From: Psammoneis japonica | Taxonomy: Eukaryota | Direction of reading: 5' to 3' | Length of the DNA: 64,000 nucleotides | Assembly: GCA_008632985.1 (NCBI GenBank) | Contig: QPGO01000024.1 | Location: 573,848-637,847 of the forward strand | In this document: positions 27,118 through 41,299 of the stretch, piece by piece | How positions within the stretch are numbered: the stretch's first letter is position 1 | Layout: each line of letters starts with the position of its first letter | The notes under the pieces: generated by a model | What the model was told of the DNA's origin: nothing | Seen by the model: the letters and a program-made list of their open reading frames with translations, nothing else | Database searches by the model: none | Program-made: the position numbers and the translations under genes

Positions 27118-27609
27118 TACTGCTGTGTTTCATAAGCTGACAACAACATGCCAATCCTCTTACGAGCACTCCATACCACACGCAGATGATGATTCTTACA
27201 TCATGCTGTCGCAACACAACGCGCAACGCCCGCTTGGTGGTATGGTTTGGTCTCGATTTTCGCGGCGCGCCCTCGGATTTTTGAAATTGTATGCAATATA
27301 TAGTGTTTAAAATACTTTCAATACTATATATATCTTGAACATTATTCACCGATTGAATGTCACAAGAGTATGCAATATTCTTCATTTTTGAATAAATAAT
27401 ATAAGAAAAATGGAACTGCCATCCTCGTGGCATGGCCCCATCATTCATTCTTTGCCTCGCTTTACAGTACAGTACCGCCGCATTCCTACAGTACAGCACT
27501 GGCGCGCCCTTACATTTTGAATTTAAAAATAATGTTATTTAGACCGGAATATTTGGAATAAAGTATGCACCTGAACATCTCGTAACCTTACGATTATTAT
27601 ATTTTTAAG

Positions 27610-29090
27610 AACATGTGCGAAAAGTGCACTGCTTTTGTCCTCGCACACACGCGGCGCCTCCACCGGCACCTGCGCTGGAGACATCACCTTTTCTCGCTGC
27701 TGCGCCGAACATCCTGCTGTGCCTTTTTTTGTGTTTGCAATGGAGGGTCAAAACATCACAGAGATCAAATGGAAGTGAGGCTCTGGTTTGGTTGGTGAGA
27801 GCCAAGCCAAACAGCCAACTCTCCAAATCCAAGGACAAGCGATCACGCACCAGCAGCAGCGGCATTGAGCAGACACTCCTCAAATCACCCCCAGAGGCAG
27901 GGTGATCTCATGAGAGCATGCTGGGTCCACACTCAAACCCCCATTCTTGCACTGCAGCTTTTTCCAGGTGCATTGCCCTCATCAATTCAGGTGTTTTTCG
28001 TGCGTCAGACGTGATCTCTTCAAAGAACCTGTGAGAAACTCAGCTCCATGCCTGCTTGCACTAAAGATTTTGTCATCAGTGCTGCAGCTGCCAAGAGAAA
28101 GTCTTGTCATGTGACACTCATTGATCAGTTGCATGGAGTGTTTTGATTTTCTCTCTCATGCAGTCAGAGAGCACACTCCAGCATTCTGCGTGTTTCCACA
28201 CAACTTGTTGGGCTCACCTGCCAAAGCATTCTGCATTCCATCATTCTCCTGAGTCCATGGTTTGCTGACTTGCTGCACCCCCTTGGAAATTTGTCTGCAA
28301 GATGCACCACAAATGAGTCTAATTTCTTGCTTTTGCAGGTTTGGCACCTTTGCATCATTCAGGTGCTGGCCTTGATGATGGGCTCTCAGTCATCCTCTCT
28401 TTTGTTGTGCACCACCAGTGCACGACTTGTCACAGTCAAAACACTTGGCTTGTTGCAAAACACCACACATCTTTCTGCACTCACTGCCACAGACATGTCT
28501 CCCACTGACCCTCTGGAGGAGGCTGCACTGCAGTTGCATGGCAGATCCGTGCAATCTCTTGAGACCAAATGGTCCTCAAGTTTCTGACTCAAAAGTCACT
28601 TTGAAAGATCTCCAGCAGGTTTGAGAATTTGTTGCAGCACATTGAAAACTGAAGCCAAGACAGTCCATGTTTAATGCACAGCTGTTTCAGATGAACAGGG
28701 ATTGGTGTTTCCCAAAAATTGGTCATCCCCAAAAATGCACAGGATTTGCCTTTTGTTTTGGCCCTCATCGTCAGGTTTCCCAGTTTCCAAGTCCTTCATG
28801 GCCTCTGCAGCACCATCCAGAACCTCTCCAAGCATTGAAAATTCATCTGGTGTGATTTTAGCCTTGCACAGGGCTTTCACATGCTCTGGATGTGAATCGT
28901 CAATTGGCGTCTCCTCCGCTTCTGATGTCCTCATTGTCAACAGCCAGTCATTTCATCGCCCCAGACGCAATCGCTTTGAAACATGCCTCAGCACTCACGC
29001 TCCCTTTGTTGAGACATTTCAGTTGTTGACCCGCTTTCAAATGCACGCGAAAGAACAGATCGTCATCATCTGACCAATGCAACTCCACAT
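27610..29090. mobile_element. TpA/CpG-depleted block; decayed coding-like sequence on the minus strand, family unknown
   Basis: Dinucleotide signature; broken protein-like frames on the minus strand (e.g. 28671-28940). Confidence 0.45.
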
Positions 29091-29464
29091 CCAGGTAGGG
29101 GTGACTTAACTGTTATCGGTGCAGCACTCTACACACGCTTTAGGACCTCCCACGGCACTTCCTAACTTCAGTGAACAGAGATTCTTTGTTTTGCATCCAG
29201 GTTTTGCATCCAGCTAAAGGGATATCTAATTTTATACTGCAAAGGGACTAGAATATCCTTTGTGTGTTGTATTCTTGTGCACGAGGAGAGTGCGCTAGTG
29301 CTGCTCTTCCATTTTCTGTTCGTCCTTCCCTAGAAAGACCTTCTCGTTACTTTATGGACACTTCATTCTTTGCCAACGGACTCAATGAAGTCTCCGCTAG
29401 CGAATATGACGTAGGTACGCAGACGGAGAAAAGCTTCGAAAATTCCAAAACCGCTTGCTATAAT

Positions 29465-30715
29465 CTAGTAGCTCGAGGAGTCGAGCGAGCGAAACTCCCA
29501 CGCTTGCCGATTGAAGACTAGCTTCCACCTTAGGTCCGTTGTGCCATCAGGATTTCCGTTTAGCCAACCCTCAAATACTCCCACCCACACATTTGGTCTC
29601 GTGACGGTGGTTTCGCTAATGCTCTCTGTGTCACCGAGGTTTTTCTCTCGTTCTTCTTCGCTAGCACTTTCATCCACCTTATCCATTAGCGTGAAGGTCT
29701 GTTTGATATCGTACAGTACTTCAACTTGAGCAGCAACCTGCGGACCGTTCTCATCCTCTTTGTTCACCTTCGGGTTCTTCGCGTCTTCACCTGAATTCTC
29801 CTCAGTATCATCTACTACGTGAGCCCTGGCGCTCAGTAGCGCCACCTGTTGGAATCATTTTGTTGCAGGCCGTTCCAATAATCAATAAACAAATCTCTGA
29901 AATGCGAAAATGAACAAGAGAAAACAAAGACTGTCCTCAGTAATTCGCCAAGTCACACTTACATGTTCGATCTCGCTGCTCTCGTCTTGATAGATCCACT
30001 TGTCGCCTATTAACCACTTTGTTCTTGCAAAGTCTTGGATCATTTTGAAGTACTGAGGCGTCACCATTCTCAGTAACTGACCGGCGAGGGATTCAGGTTC
30101 TGTTTCTGCAAGCTTGTTCCAGTCCTTTTTTATAAGTTGTTTCATCTCCTTGGTCTTGTCTGTGACTTTGAGGATCGCAGCCAATTCGGCTTTGTTTGTG
30201 TGAGTTCCGAATGCTTCCAGTATCTGCATGATTTCACCGTCCCGAGTGGACGAGGGTGCTCCGTCGTTCTCTTTTTCCGCATCTACTTCCAGCTCCTTTT
30301 TATCATTGCCAGTTGTTGTGTGTTCTTCTAATGCTTCCTTCCTGACGCTGTAAACGTCTTCGTAAATCGTGTTTTCAAGTTTGCCTTGCACGTCGTGGAA
30401 CTGAATCAATGCGTCCTTCACACCCTCGCAAAATTCCCCGGGGTTGAATTTATTGTACCGCTTGAATACGGGAGAGTCCAAATCATGAAAAAGGGCTAAA
30501 GCCATGGCACTACCATGATCGGCTCGCGACAAAGTCTCCAGGCGAATGATTCCCTTGTTCAGTGTTTCGACAAACTCATCACGCTTCTCTTGAGACCAGA
30601 GAAGCTTCCAGGACGCATTGGCAGCCGACTTGAATATATCCCACGAAGTTCTGGGAGGGACCAAGAAACCCTTAGAAACAAACGGAGACGACAAGCGAAC
30701 CGTCGATGCCTGCAT
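29465..30715 (-). CDS. Hypothetical protein, possibly Tim44/Mba1-like at the C-terminus; intron 29846-29962; 5' end uncertain
   Basis: Two ORFs joined in frame by a GT-AG intron; C-terminal AQVEVLY...VWVGVFEGWL...RWKL. The domain call is weak. Confidence 0.6.
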
Positions 30716-33599
30716 GTCTTCAAACAACAAAGGGCTGCCGTAACAGAGTGAAGATGCGGTCGATGATCGATGCAGAATTCACAATGCCGATGCCTCATGC
30801 TGAATGCTCGCTCGCATCCGCCGATGCTCCAGCCAGATTAGACCGCGCGCTCCCTGCGCCAAAAAATGACTCCACTTCTGCGCCTACGTCATCAGCTGAC
30901 GTCAAGCTCTTTTGCGTGTGCGGGCGGCGGGCGTGCGTGCGTGTACACCACCATCGTTTCTACGTACAGCATTCTCTTCTTTTCTGACCCCAGGAAACAA
31001 AAAGTGCTCTCAAGAGAGTTGTTTGTCTTCTTGGTGGTCCACTGTTCAGTGCTTTGGCCAGGTCACAAAGGCAGATGTGCACTGCAACTGCAGGCACTGT
31101 GATGAGGCAGAAGCTGGCAGTCGGGTGCTGTGCCAAGCCACCAAGCACCAGCCCACGAGTGGCTCGGTTTGCGCTGCTCAGCCCAGGGCTGCAGCACCAT
31201 TCTTCATGTGGCTGGTGCACCCCTCGCAATGAGCAGCACTTGGTGTGTTCTCACTGCCATCAAAATCCACTCTGCTGTGTGGGTTTTCCAGAACAAGGAA
31301 CCCAAGTCCTTTTGCCTGGAGAGGCCTTCTTTTTGAGAATGTGCTCACCCAGCTTTGCTGCTGCATGGCACACAACAGGGTGCACTGTCCCCTCTGTGCA
31401 GCTTGTTCCATCAACTGGCTTGTGCACAGTGCTTCCTCCAAGTCCATGCCAAGTGCTGCAAATGGCGCCATGCCTTTTGCAGGTCAGCAGCTGGAGTGCA
31501 TGATGCCAGTGGAGCCTTGGCAAGCAGGCATTGCACACATCAGCTGCAAAGTCATTGTTGCCACACCATCCATGCACCCTTTCTGCATTGTTGTCCATGT
31601 CAGCCTCAGCTTTGACAATGCTGACAGTTGCACCACCATGTTTGCCCTGCTTTGCTTGTTGCAATCTGCTTTGCTTGGTGCCATGTCTGCGCTTTTGGCG
31701 ATGCATGCAGTGCAGTGCATTTTGAGGTGCCAGCACTCTCACTCTGCACTTGGCTTTAAAGGCTCTTTGTTCTCCATGGCACTTTTGCTGCAACCACCTC
31801 CCTGAGTCAAGATGGAGCAACTTTTGCCAAGGGATTGCTCTTCAGAGCATGTGTCACTCAGGAGGTGGAGCAGCATTTGTGCCATGCCGCAATTTTGTGA
31901 GCACAATGCAGCACCTCAACTGGCCTGCACAGAGCTTCACACATGCTCACAAAGGCAATTGGCAACAGCGCCAGTTCTCAATTGTTGCTTTTTCAGCAAT
32001 GGCCAATGACTCCTGGGGAGGGGGGGGGGGCAGGATGTCACCTCTGTTCTTGTTCAGCTTTGTTCTGCATCTTTGAGCCTCAGGAGAGTGTGGTTTGCTC
32101 ATGATTTAGCAATGATGCCCAGCTTGTGGGCAGAGTGCATTTTTCTGGTGCTCTGGCACTCTCTGTGAGCCACTCCAGCTTGTTTCTGGCTGAGTCCAGG
32201 CCTGTGGCATTGCTCTTGTTGCACAAGTCATCTCCAAACAGATTGGCAGAGCCCTTGCTGGAGCCATCTGCACTGACTCTGTGGGCACACTTGTGAGGTC
32301 TGCAGCATGTCTTCCAGAGCCGCACCTGGAGCAGCGCAGCTCACTGTTGTGTCATTTGCCTTGGTGCAGTGCTCCTTCCCAAGAGGTGTGCTAAAAAGAA
32401 AAAGCTTGTCAGCTCCTCAACTGCACTTGCTTCAGACCTTTTGACTTGGACAAGCTCTTGAGAAAGAATGAAAGGCATGAGGTGCTGCTGTCCTTCTTGT
32501 CTTTTTGGGGTCGTGCACTTTGTGCACTCTTGATGGCTCTCATGGGGCTGTGCTTCTCTCTCCTTTTTGAGTGTCTGCACAATGGCAAGTGGCCTTTTCT
32601 TTTCCATGTTGGTGCAAGGCTTGCCCACCCTTGTGTGCTCAACAGTGCACACAGCTCAGCCCACAGGGCACAGCTAGATCCAAAACAATTGCAGTGATTG
32701 TCTTTTCCCGAGGTGATCATCAGAGTCATTGATTTTTGTTTCTGATGTTCCTTTTTCAAGAAGAGCATTGAGAGGAAGCAAGAACACCAATTTTTTAAGA
32801 GGAGTCAACAACACTGGCTGATCTTTCTCTCTTGCTCTTTTTTGTTTGCCCATCATGACAACATCTTCTTTGTGGCCCACAGAGCTGACAGACATCCGAG
32901 ATGGGGAGTGCACTCCCTTGTGTCGGACAGACTGGCATAGACAGCATGAGAGATCGATGATCTCTCCTTTGCTCACTTTCTTTCTCATTGGCACACGATT
33001 GTCATCTGTCCAGACATCGTTAGATGTCCGATGCCTAGTCTGTAGAGCATCACATGGCAGGTGTCAAAAGCTGCAAGTGTGTTCAGTTGCAAGTGCAGCA
33101 TCCTGGGGAACCAGTGCATGAAGGGTGCAGAATCAAAAAAGAATTCCTTCTTGCACGCTCACATTGTGCTTGGTGCTGCTCTAAACAAGAAGGGAGAGAG
33201 AGAGAGAGCACAGCAAAAAAGTGTGAAACAAAAAGAGAGACAGAAAGTGGGCAGTGGGTGATGAGTGCCAACCTCTTTTTTTGTGCAAGAGAACACCACC
33301 AATGTGGCTGTTGCAAAAAGCCTGTTGGCACCATGCAGCTCCAGCTCCTCCACAAAAAAAGAAAGATGGGGCCAAATTTTCTCAGCAGAGGGCAGAGGCA
33401 GCAATGCCAAAGCCAGAACAAGTGCAAAAGCAAGAACTTTTCATCAGACAGGAGGGAAATCAAAGCAATTGGGTGTTGCATCACCAAGTTGCTCAGTTCA
33501 AAAGACTGCCACTGGCAGATGATTGTCTTTGACTGTTGCCATCACTGTGGATCCTTTTCAATGACATGAGTTGTCATCTCTCCAACGTGGGGTCATTGG

Positions 33600-36200
33600 T
33601 GTCTTTTCAGCACTGCTTGTGCTGCAATTGAAATTGGTCTGGCCAATGCTGTCAAAAAGTCTGGTGATCTTCTGCCAGGCCTCAATTTTTGTGTCAGCCA
33701 AGGTTTTGAGCCATGGTTGATTTCTGCTGACATCCTGAATGATGGACTCTCATTTTCCAGACACTTTTTCTGCACCAAACCAATGACTGAGACTTCTGGA
33801 GTTGAGCTTGGCTCCCAAGCTGCACACAAGTGCAAGCTGGCTTGGCAAACACTCTGTGCACAAGAGCAGCTCTTTGAAACCACACAGTGACACAGCCACA
33901 ACTTCAAGAAGCTGCTCTCTTGTCACTCACTTGCTGCCAGGCTGCAGCAGATGCCAAGCTGCCTTTTCATCAGGCACGGCACTCTCTTGGCACCCAAGTG
34001 CACCATGCTCCTTGTGGCAACTCAGCACTGGCTGCATGCATTGGGCAGCACCTTGAGCATCCAGTTTGTCACTCCACCCATGAACCTCAGCTGGCTGCTT
34101 CTGTGCACAGTTTGTTTTTGCAGATTCTTTCAGTGAGCACAAACCCAGGATGTTTTGGCCACTCTCTTGGCCAACCAAAAGCACTGCAAATGGCCAGCTT
34201 GCTGTGATGCCATGCACATGCTTCCATCAATTTTTTGGGCTGCACAGCAGCACAGTGCTTCTTCTGCAAATTGTTGTTTGCACATGGATTTTAATGCCAT
34301 GATGGAGCACCACACTGCCCTTCTTGAGCTCAACAAGGAACACACCCCAGAGATCCTCACCCAAGCTGACTTGAGCAGTTGCAGAGTTGTGACTCCCTTG
34401 CACCAATTTGCTGGCTCTGCTTTCTTGACAAAGCTGATGGATGGTTCCAGCCAGGTGTTGATGACATTTGCAAGTCTGCTGGCTTGAGTGCAGCATCATC
34501 CTGGGCCATGATGCAAGGAGAGCAAGCACTGTGGGGACTTTTGCTCACCGGCCCAAATGGTGCATGAGAAAGTTTGAGCAATCAGGACAACTCCATGAGC
34601 TCAGCACATTTGGCAAAGTCATCAAGCACTGCATGATGCCACAGCATTGCAGCCACACTGGCAGTGCAATCTCAAACAAGATGGCACCCATTGATCTTTG
34701 AAGTGCTGCAATGGCTCACCACACACCACACCTGTTCTGTGACACTTGTGTTTGACACACTCATTGTGTGGTGTCTGGCAACTCAATCTAGAGGATGTTT
34801 TGTGCCCTGGTGGCTGTGCTGGGCTGCTGCATTTTTGTGATGGGGGGGGTCCCCCAAATCTTCTCACGCCATTTTTCTGGTGGTTGATGATCCCATGCCA
34901 CATGGTGCAAAACCTCAATTTGGCATCAATCTGGGTTGTGCAGTTGTCTTGAAGGTGCAACATGCTCTCCAAGGGTGCCCCAAAGCTGGTGTTTTTTGGA
35001 AACAGGGTGTCAACAGCATCTTGCTGGATGCAACGACTCTTTTGTTCTATGATGATGCTCACAACAAGTGTGTGCTCATTCTGCTGCCTTTGATGGCAAG
35101 AAAATTCTCCTTCTGTGGAAGGTGGGTGATTTTTTCATCACATGTTTTGACAAATGTTGATTGCAATGGTGACATGTGATTGGGAGGAAAAAGCTCTCCA
35201 GCACCCTTCTGATGATTCTCCATCACCACTGAAGTGTCTTTGTCTGGAGATTTTCAACAATGGCCTCAATGTTCATCAGTGCAATGGCTTGATCAGTGCT
35301 GCATGCTGCAGCCACATTGACTGCATTTTTGTGTTGCATGGGTGGGAGAATCCAGCTGCAGGTGAGCCAACAATGGACTTCAAGGCAACTCCCACATTGG
35401 TCAAGTTCATTTCTGAATTGTGCACTGATGTTGCTTGGCCCCGCTGAAGATTGTGCATCACAATTGGAAAGTGATGAGTTGGCCCAGGCCCAGGCCCAGG
35501 CCCAGGCCCAAGGCTTTGTGGCTGTTGTGCCCTGCTTGGTGAGCTGTTGTGTGCTTGCATCATTTGTCATCTTGGTGCTGGACATGTTGCCACAACACTG
35601 TCCAATGTTTCCACTGCTCCAGCTCTTTCACATTGCAATGCTTTGCCCAGGCAGGTCCACCTCCTTGCCCCTTTGAATGCCCTGCAAAAAACTCAAATTC
35701 ACCAACTTCACCACAGCTGCACACACCCATCAGCTTCTGGCAATGACCTGCAGAGTTGTGTTGCTGCCCAGGACAGCATGGGCACACATCAGAAGGAGCA
35801 GTGACTTCATGCCAGTGCAAGATGCACAGTTCTTGGTCATGGTGACAAGTTCTGAGGAGATGGAATCTTGCGCACATCTGGTGTTGCAGCCAAGCACATC
35901 TTGTGTCTTTGTCATGTCCCTCACAAGTTGGGATTTTCTCTAGAGGGACATGCTCCCACACTCACCAACACCAAGTTGGTGGTCAAAACCATCAACCAGT
36001 CTGTGTCCCAGCTGGGCACTCCTTGTGCCACATTGATGCTCAACTCTTTGCAATTTAAGAGCAGAAAGAGGCTGGTGAGGTTGTCACTCAACATGTCTCT
36101 GTGGCATCATCAACTCAGCAATGACCTTTCCAATGCTTTGGGTTGGATGCTGCATGCCAGACATGTTTGGAGTGCTGTTGACAGCCCATTTTGTGGGTGC
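33600..36200 (+). mobile_element. Ty1/Copia (CoDi-like) pol remnant with RT and RNase H
   Basis: LKQDGT..CCNGS (~34671), VLKVQHALQGCPKAG..W (~34945), NGLNVHQ..HGW, GELLCACIICHL..GHVATTLS (~35538), DLSNALGWMLHARH (~36123); many stops and frameshifts; 5' limit approximate. Confidence 0.85.
35481..35510. repeat. (GGCCCA)5 microsatellite inside the Copia RT remnant
   Basis: Read directly from the sequence. Confidence 0.9.
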
Positions 36201-39200
36201 AGTGCTGCTGGCTGCACACTGCCCTTTGTTGTTTGTCATTTGTGCTGGGCCTGTTGTCATTGGAATTTTCACCCAGTCTGACTTTGTCATCACACTGTCT
36301 TTGGATGATCTGCATCATTCATGGTTGGGCATTCTTGCAGATCATGGTCAGATTAACCAGAAGCAATGGACAGACCACACCTTGGACAGAGATGAGTGCA
36401 GATTTCTTTTGAGCTGCTTCCTCTTCTCACTCTTTCTTGCTGTCACTCTTGATGCCACAGCCACCAGTTTGCAGAGAGCTTGCACACTTGTTGATCTTGC
36501 TGTCACTGCCATGTTGCTTGAGTTGCCAGCAGAGCTCCAGGAGAACACTTCCTGGGTGTGGGGGTTGTCTGAAAACTTGCTCTAATCACAACATGAGCAG
36601 CTCATGTCAGGGTCAAAGTGAGTGTGTGAGGCATCAACTGTGGCAACCACTTTTGTTTGATGTGCTTCAAGTGATCTGAGTCTTTCAGCTCATCATCTGC
36701 CAAGACAATGAAGTGAGCCATTGGCGCTGTTGTTGGAGCATGCACCCTGAAAAAAGCTTTCTGCACAATTGTTGCAATGCTTGCAACATGATCAATGGGG
36801 TCATGTGTCAATGGCAAGATGTGTTCCTTGATGAGGCACTTCCAAAGAAGGTGCACAACATTGTCCTTGCTTTGGGTGTGGCCAGTGTCATGAAAAAGTT
36901 GCAAGTTGAGAGTCTTGCCACTGCCATCAACTTGCAAGATGATGTGTCCATGGACTTGTGGGCCTCTGGATGACTGTTGTGCACATGAAACTTGATGTTG
37001 AGAGTGCAACAAGGGCATCAACAGCATCCTTTCCTCTGACAATTGGTGCCATGGTTGAGGTGTTCAAAAAAGTTTGATGTGCACACACAGAACAGCGTGC
37101 ACAATTCAACAACTTTTGCTTGCCCTGGCTCTGAGACTTTGGATTTTGATGGTCAGGCCTGGTGTCATCCTGGCTGCTTCTGGTTCTTTGCAACCACCCA
37201 GGAGCATGTGCTTGTTGGTGCTTGTGCAAGATGCCAACCAGAGATTGCAGGCCAATCTCAACAAATTTGAGCAACTGATTTCTCAAATGATGACAAGGCA
37301 AGTGTTTGGGAGAATCTCAGCAACACACACCACTGTTCTGTTTTCAAACCAATCATTTTGTTTCACCTGCATGTCAGCTTCAGTTGGGCAAAAATGGAAG
37401 CAAGTTCTGCAAGGCAAGAAAATGAGCAAGAGCCATCATGAAAGCTGCCAACCAAGACAAAGAAAGGGCACGCTGATTGTCTGTTCCATCTCTCATGGCA
37501 TCACTGCACATCTCCAGCAACAGAGCATTGTCCCCACTGCTCACATCAAACAGAATTAGCATGTCAAGCATGGGCAGGAAGCAATGAGTGATGAACCAAA
37601 ATCTGGATTGAGTGTCCACAAAACACCTCTAACTTGCAGGGGACCAATTGAAAGTTGTTGATCACAGAACATGCCAAGGATCAGTCTCCCAATTTGATGA
37701 CTTTGGAGCAGGTTGCAAACAAGGTGTGCTGGTCAGTGGAGCATGAGTTTTTGTGTGTCTTGACATCTTCTTTTTGTTCATGTCATCTCCAGCAGGTGGA
37801 AAGTCAGGAAGCAGATCCAAAATTTGTTGCACCAACTTCTTGCCTTGAGTCTTGTCTTCTGTTTGCTGCAAAATCTTTTCTGCACTGGCATCCCTCCCTT
37901 TGTTGTTTGACCATCCATGTTTTGTTTGCTGGAGCAGCAATCTTGTTGAGCATGTCATCCTTTGGAGTGTTTGGCTCTTGAGAACAGGGTGGACTTCTCA
38001 AAGGGATTTTTTGGACTGCTTCTTTTTTGCCATTGATTCTTCCTTTTGTGCCAAATGCACTTTCTCTTGACCTTCCCTCTTGGTCAAGTCACCATGACAC
38101 TGTGGCACAAGCCATGCAAAAATTCCTGCATCTGTTCCTTTTGCACCTTCTTCCCATTAAGAATTTTTCAATCCTTGTTCACTCCAATGTGCACAAAAGG
38201 AACAATTGAGTTGCATGCAGTGCGCACCTCCTGCTTGTTGTGACTGACAAAAAGGGACACAACATCTCTTGACTTTGTCGTGGAATGGTGCATCGGGAGT
38301 GACTTGTTTCAATGGGTGGCTGACACACTGAATCCAGTGATGTGATCATTTGACTGCAAGTTGTGTGCCCTAAATTGGCTCACAAGATGGCAAAGCAGTT
38401 GAATGCCACCATGAAAGCACAAAAATTTGCAAGCATGTCAACTCCATTGTTGTTGCAATTGATGAATTTAGATCATTTTTTGTTGCTTGCAGCACAAAAA
38501 GTTTCTTTGTCACTTGGTTTGGACAAGATGGACCGTGCACTGCTGCGTCACTTCAACACTGTTTTTGCATGTTGCATTTTGCTTGTTCAACAAACAGATG
38601 TGTGAGGAATTCTGTTAGACACCACTTTTCAGCATTGTTTCATTGGGTTGTTGGTGTGACATGAATCTTGTTGTGCATCATTGTGCCCCTGTTTTTCTTC
38701 ACAATGTTGCAATTTCATGAAAACAACAGGTGTGTTGATGGACGCAGCTGACCCAAGCACACAACAGCATGCAAAGCATTTGGTGCATTGTTTTTGTCCT
38801 CATCAATTTCACACAATGCACTGCATCATTGACCCTTTGCTTCTGTCACTTGGAACAAACAACCAAAAAACCAACAACACAAGGTGCACTGTCGTCAACA
38901 GCAAAAAAATCTACATTGACATGCTGCCACCATGTTGAATGCAGAGCATTGTGTTGCCACCCCACCATCACCCAGCAGGTGGTCCTCCACATTGTCATCC
39001 CATGCATGTTCTCTTTTTTGGGTTCTTTCCACAGCGATTCTGTCATTTGTTCATTTTGTTGCTTCTTTCCTTTGCCGTCAGCTGATTTTTTGTTTTGCTG
39101 TCAAACAACGGATCACACCTTTTCTCAAGCAGTTTTCTGCCAGTCAGGGCATCTTCAACAATGGCCATTGCAAGCAGCTTGCTCATCTTTTCATCACAAG

Positions 39201-41299
39201 TGAGTTGGCTTGGGGTGGAAAAACCTGTGCTCACTCTCAATCAGGGACAGTCATGCCATTGACCCGGACAACATCAATCAGCACAAAAGAATTTTTGGGC
39301 AATTCGGCCCAGCTCCTCTTCTTGTTTTTCAGGCATTTCACCAACTGTCACCATCATTTGCAGGACAAAGTGTGCTTCTGTCATGTGCATGATGTTTGAA
39401 ACCATCATGCCAAATGCACCACAAGGTGACCACCCAGCATGTCAACTGCAAAATGTGCATTGTCAAAAACACACTGACCAAATGCTTGCACCTCTGAGCA
39501 TTTTGGCATGTGTTTTCATTTGTCATGTGAGAGCAGAAGAAAGATTGGTTTCTGCCTTTTTTTGCTGTCACTGTCTGGTGTTTTCCATTGCTTTGCACAT
39601 TGACACCAGCGGCTGTTGTCTTCATCAGGGTCTAGACCCACAATGCAGAGAGAGAGAGCAACTTGATGAAAGCATGATTGACAAACTCACAAGCACAAAG
39701 AGGATCATCCAGCAGGCATGAAAGGACTGGGCAGTTTTGCAAAATGGCATTTCCATCTTGCTTTGGCTCACAACTCACAACTCTGCCACAAATCCTTTCT
39801 TGATGAAGAATGTCACCCAAAAGGAAACTGCAATGTGTTGTGGCTCTCACAAACCCATGATCATTTCCAATTGTTGCACAAGCAATGGGTGGATTGGATT
39901 GGCAGTGAAGCAGTCTGCAAAGTGCAGTCTTTACAATGCAGCAATGATTGGCAATGACAATGCAGCCAGTCTTGTTTGTCTGCATTTGGAATGAAACCAA
40001 ATGGGTGCCAATGACAACAACAGCAGCAGCAAGCACCTTCTCAAATTCTGGCAAGTGAGTGCATGAGTGGCTGCTCCATCTCAAGCAGATTGACAGCATT
40101 GACACTGGTCTTGTCAGAATGATCAACAAGGAGGGCATGAAAATTGGGTGCCATTGCCTGAGCATTGGAGCCACTCTCTCCATCCCCCATGTTTTGACTT
40201 TGAGGCAAGAATTGCCAGCCACCTTGCATTCTTGCTTGGAAGCGAATGTCACACCACTGCCAATGGGAGCATCAGAATGTCCCTGGGAGGAGGCACATGT
40301 GGAAACCACATGTCATCTGGATTTGCCAGCTGCTTTGAAAGATCACAAAAGACTGGCTCTGTGAAAAGATCCCACAGAGTTTCAGCAAAGCCACAGACTG
40401 GGAATGGTGTGGGAAACAACAGTGTTTGGGTCCATTCTTCTGTTGGTTGATGGAGTTGCTGTGCTCCATCACAGCAGTCACAGTGCAGGGAAGAGGGACA
40501 TTGCAAAAAGCTCAAGAAGCTGCTTTGTGGCCATGGCAGCAGCAGCGGAATGCTTTGTCAAATCCAATTGCTTCTTGGCATGCTTTTGGCAAACTGTTCT
40601 TGCTGCTTTGTCTGTGAAGTTGTTGTCACAACAGGCCAATGACAAAGATGCAAAAGGCAAGCCACAGACATGATGCTGGGTGAACACACAGGGGGGACAT
40701 CAAAGTGCTCATTAGAGGCAAGATTGCGTGCCAGCCCCAGTGGGTTCTTGGGATCAAAGGAGGTGTTGGCAACCAAGTCATTGTTGGGAGAAGGAGGAGA
40801 TGTTGCAGCTGCCCAACAAGAAATTGCAGCAGGGCCCCAGGCACTGTCAAGAGAGGCAGCAGCACTGAGCTCAGGAACACCAAGAACAGCACTTTTGTTG
40901 CCAAGGGCAGAAATGCCATTGTCCACAAACAACACAAATTGACAAGCATTCACAGTGGCTGCCTTGGCAGTGGCAGAAAAATGTCCAGAGCATCAGACAG
41001 ATGAAGGGCATGCACTGTTTGCAACTGCAGTGTTGCTGTCAGCAGTGTCATTGTCCAAATGTGGTGGAAGGAGGTGGAGATCTGGATTTGAGATTTGAGT
41101 GGACCTTGGGAGGGAAGGTTTGGGTGCGTTGTTGCCAAAACCAAGCACAGATGGCTCAGCATCAAATTTGCAAATGGCAACATCTTCAGAAGAGGAAAAG
41201 AAACAGCAGCTGGTGTTGTAAAGAAGCACCCTCCTTCTCACTGCAGGGTGCACACTTCCAGAGATGCTGGGCAATGTTGGAAAGGAAGTCAACTCACCG

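Noticed and set aside
40270..40310. PWEEAHVET as a second integrase start
   Set aside because: No supporting DDE motifs recognisable downstream
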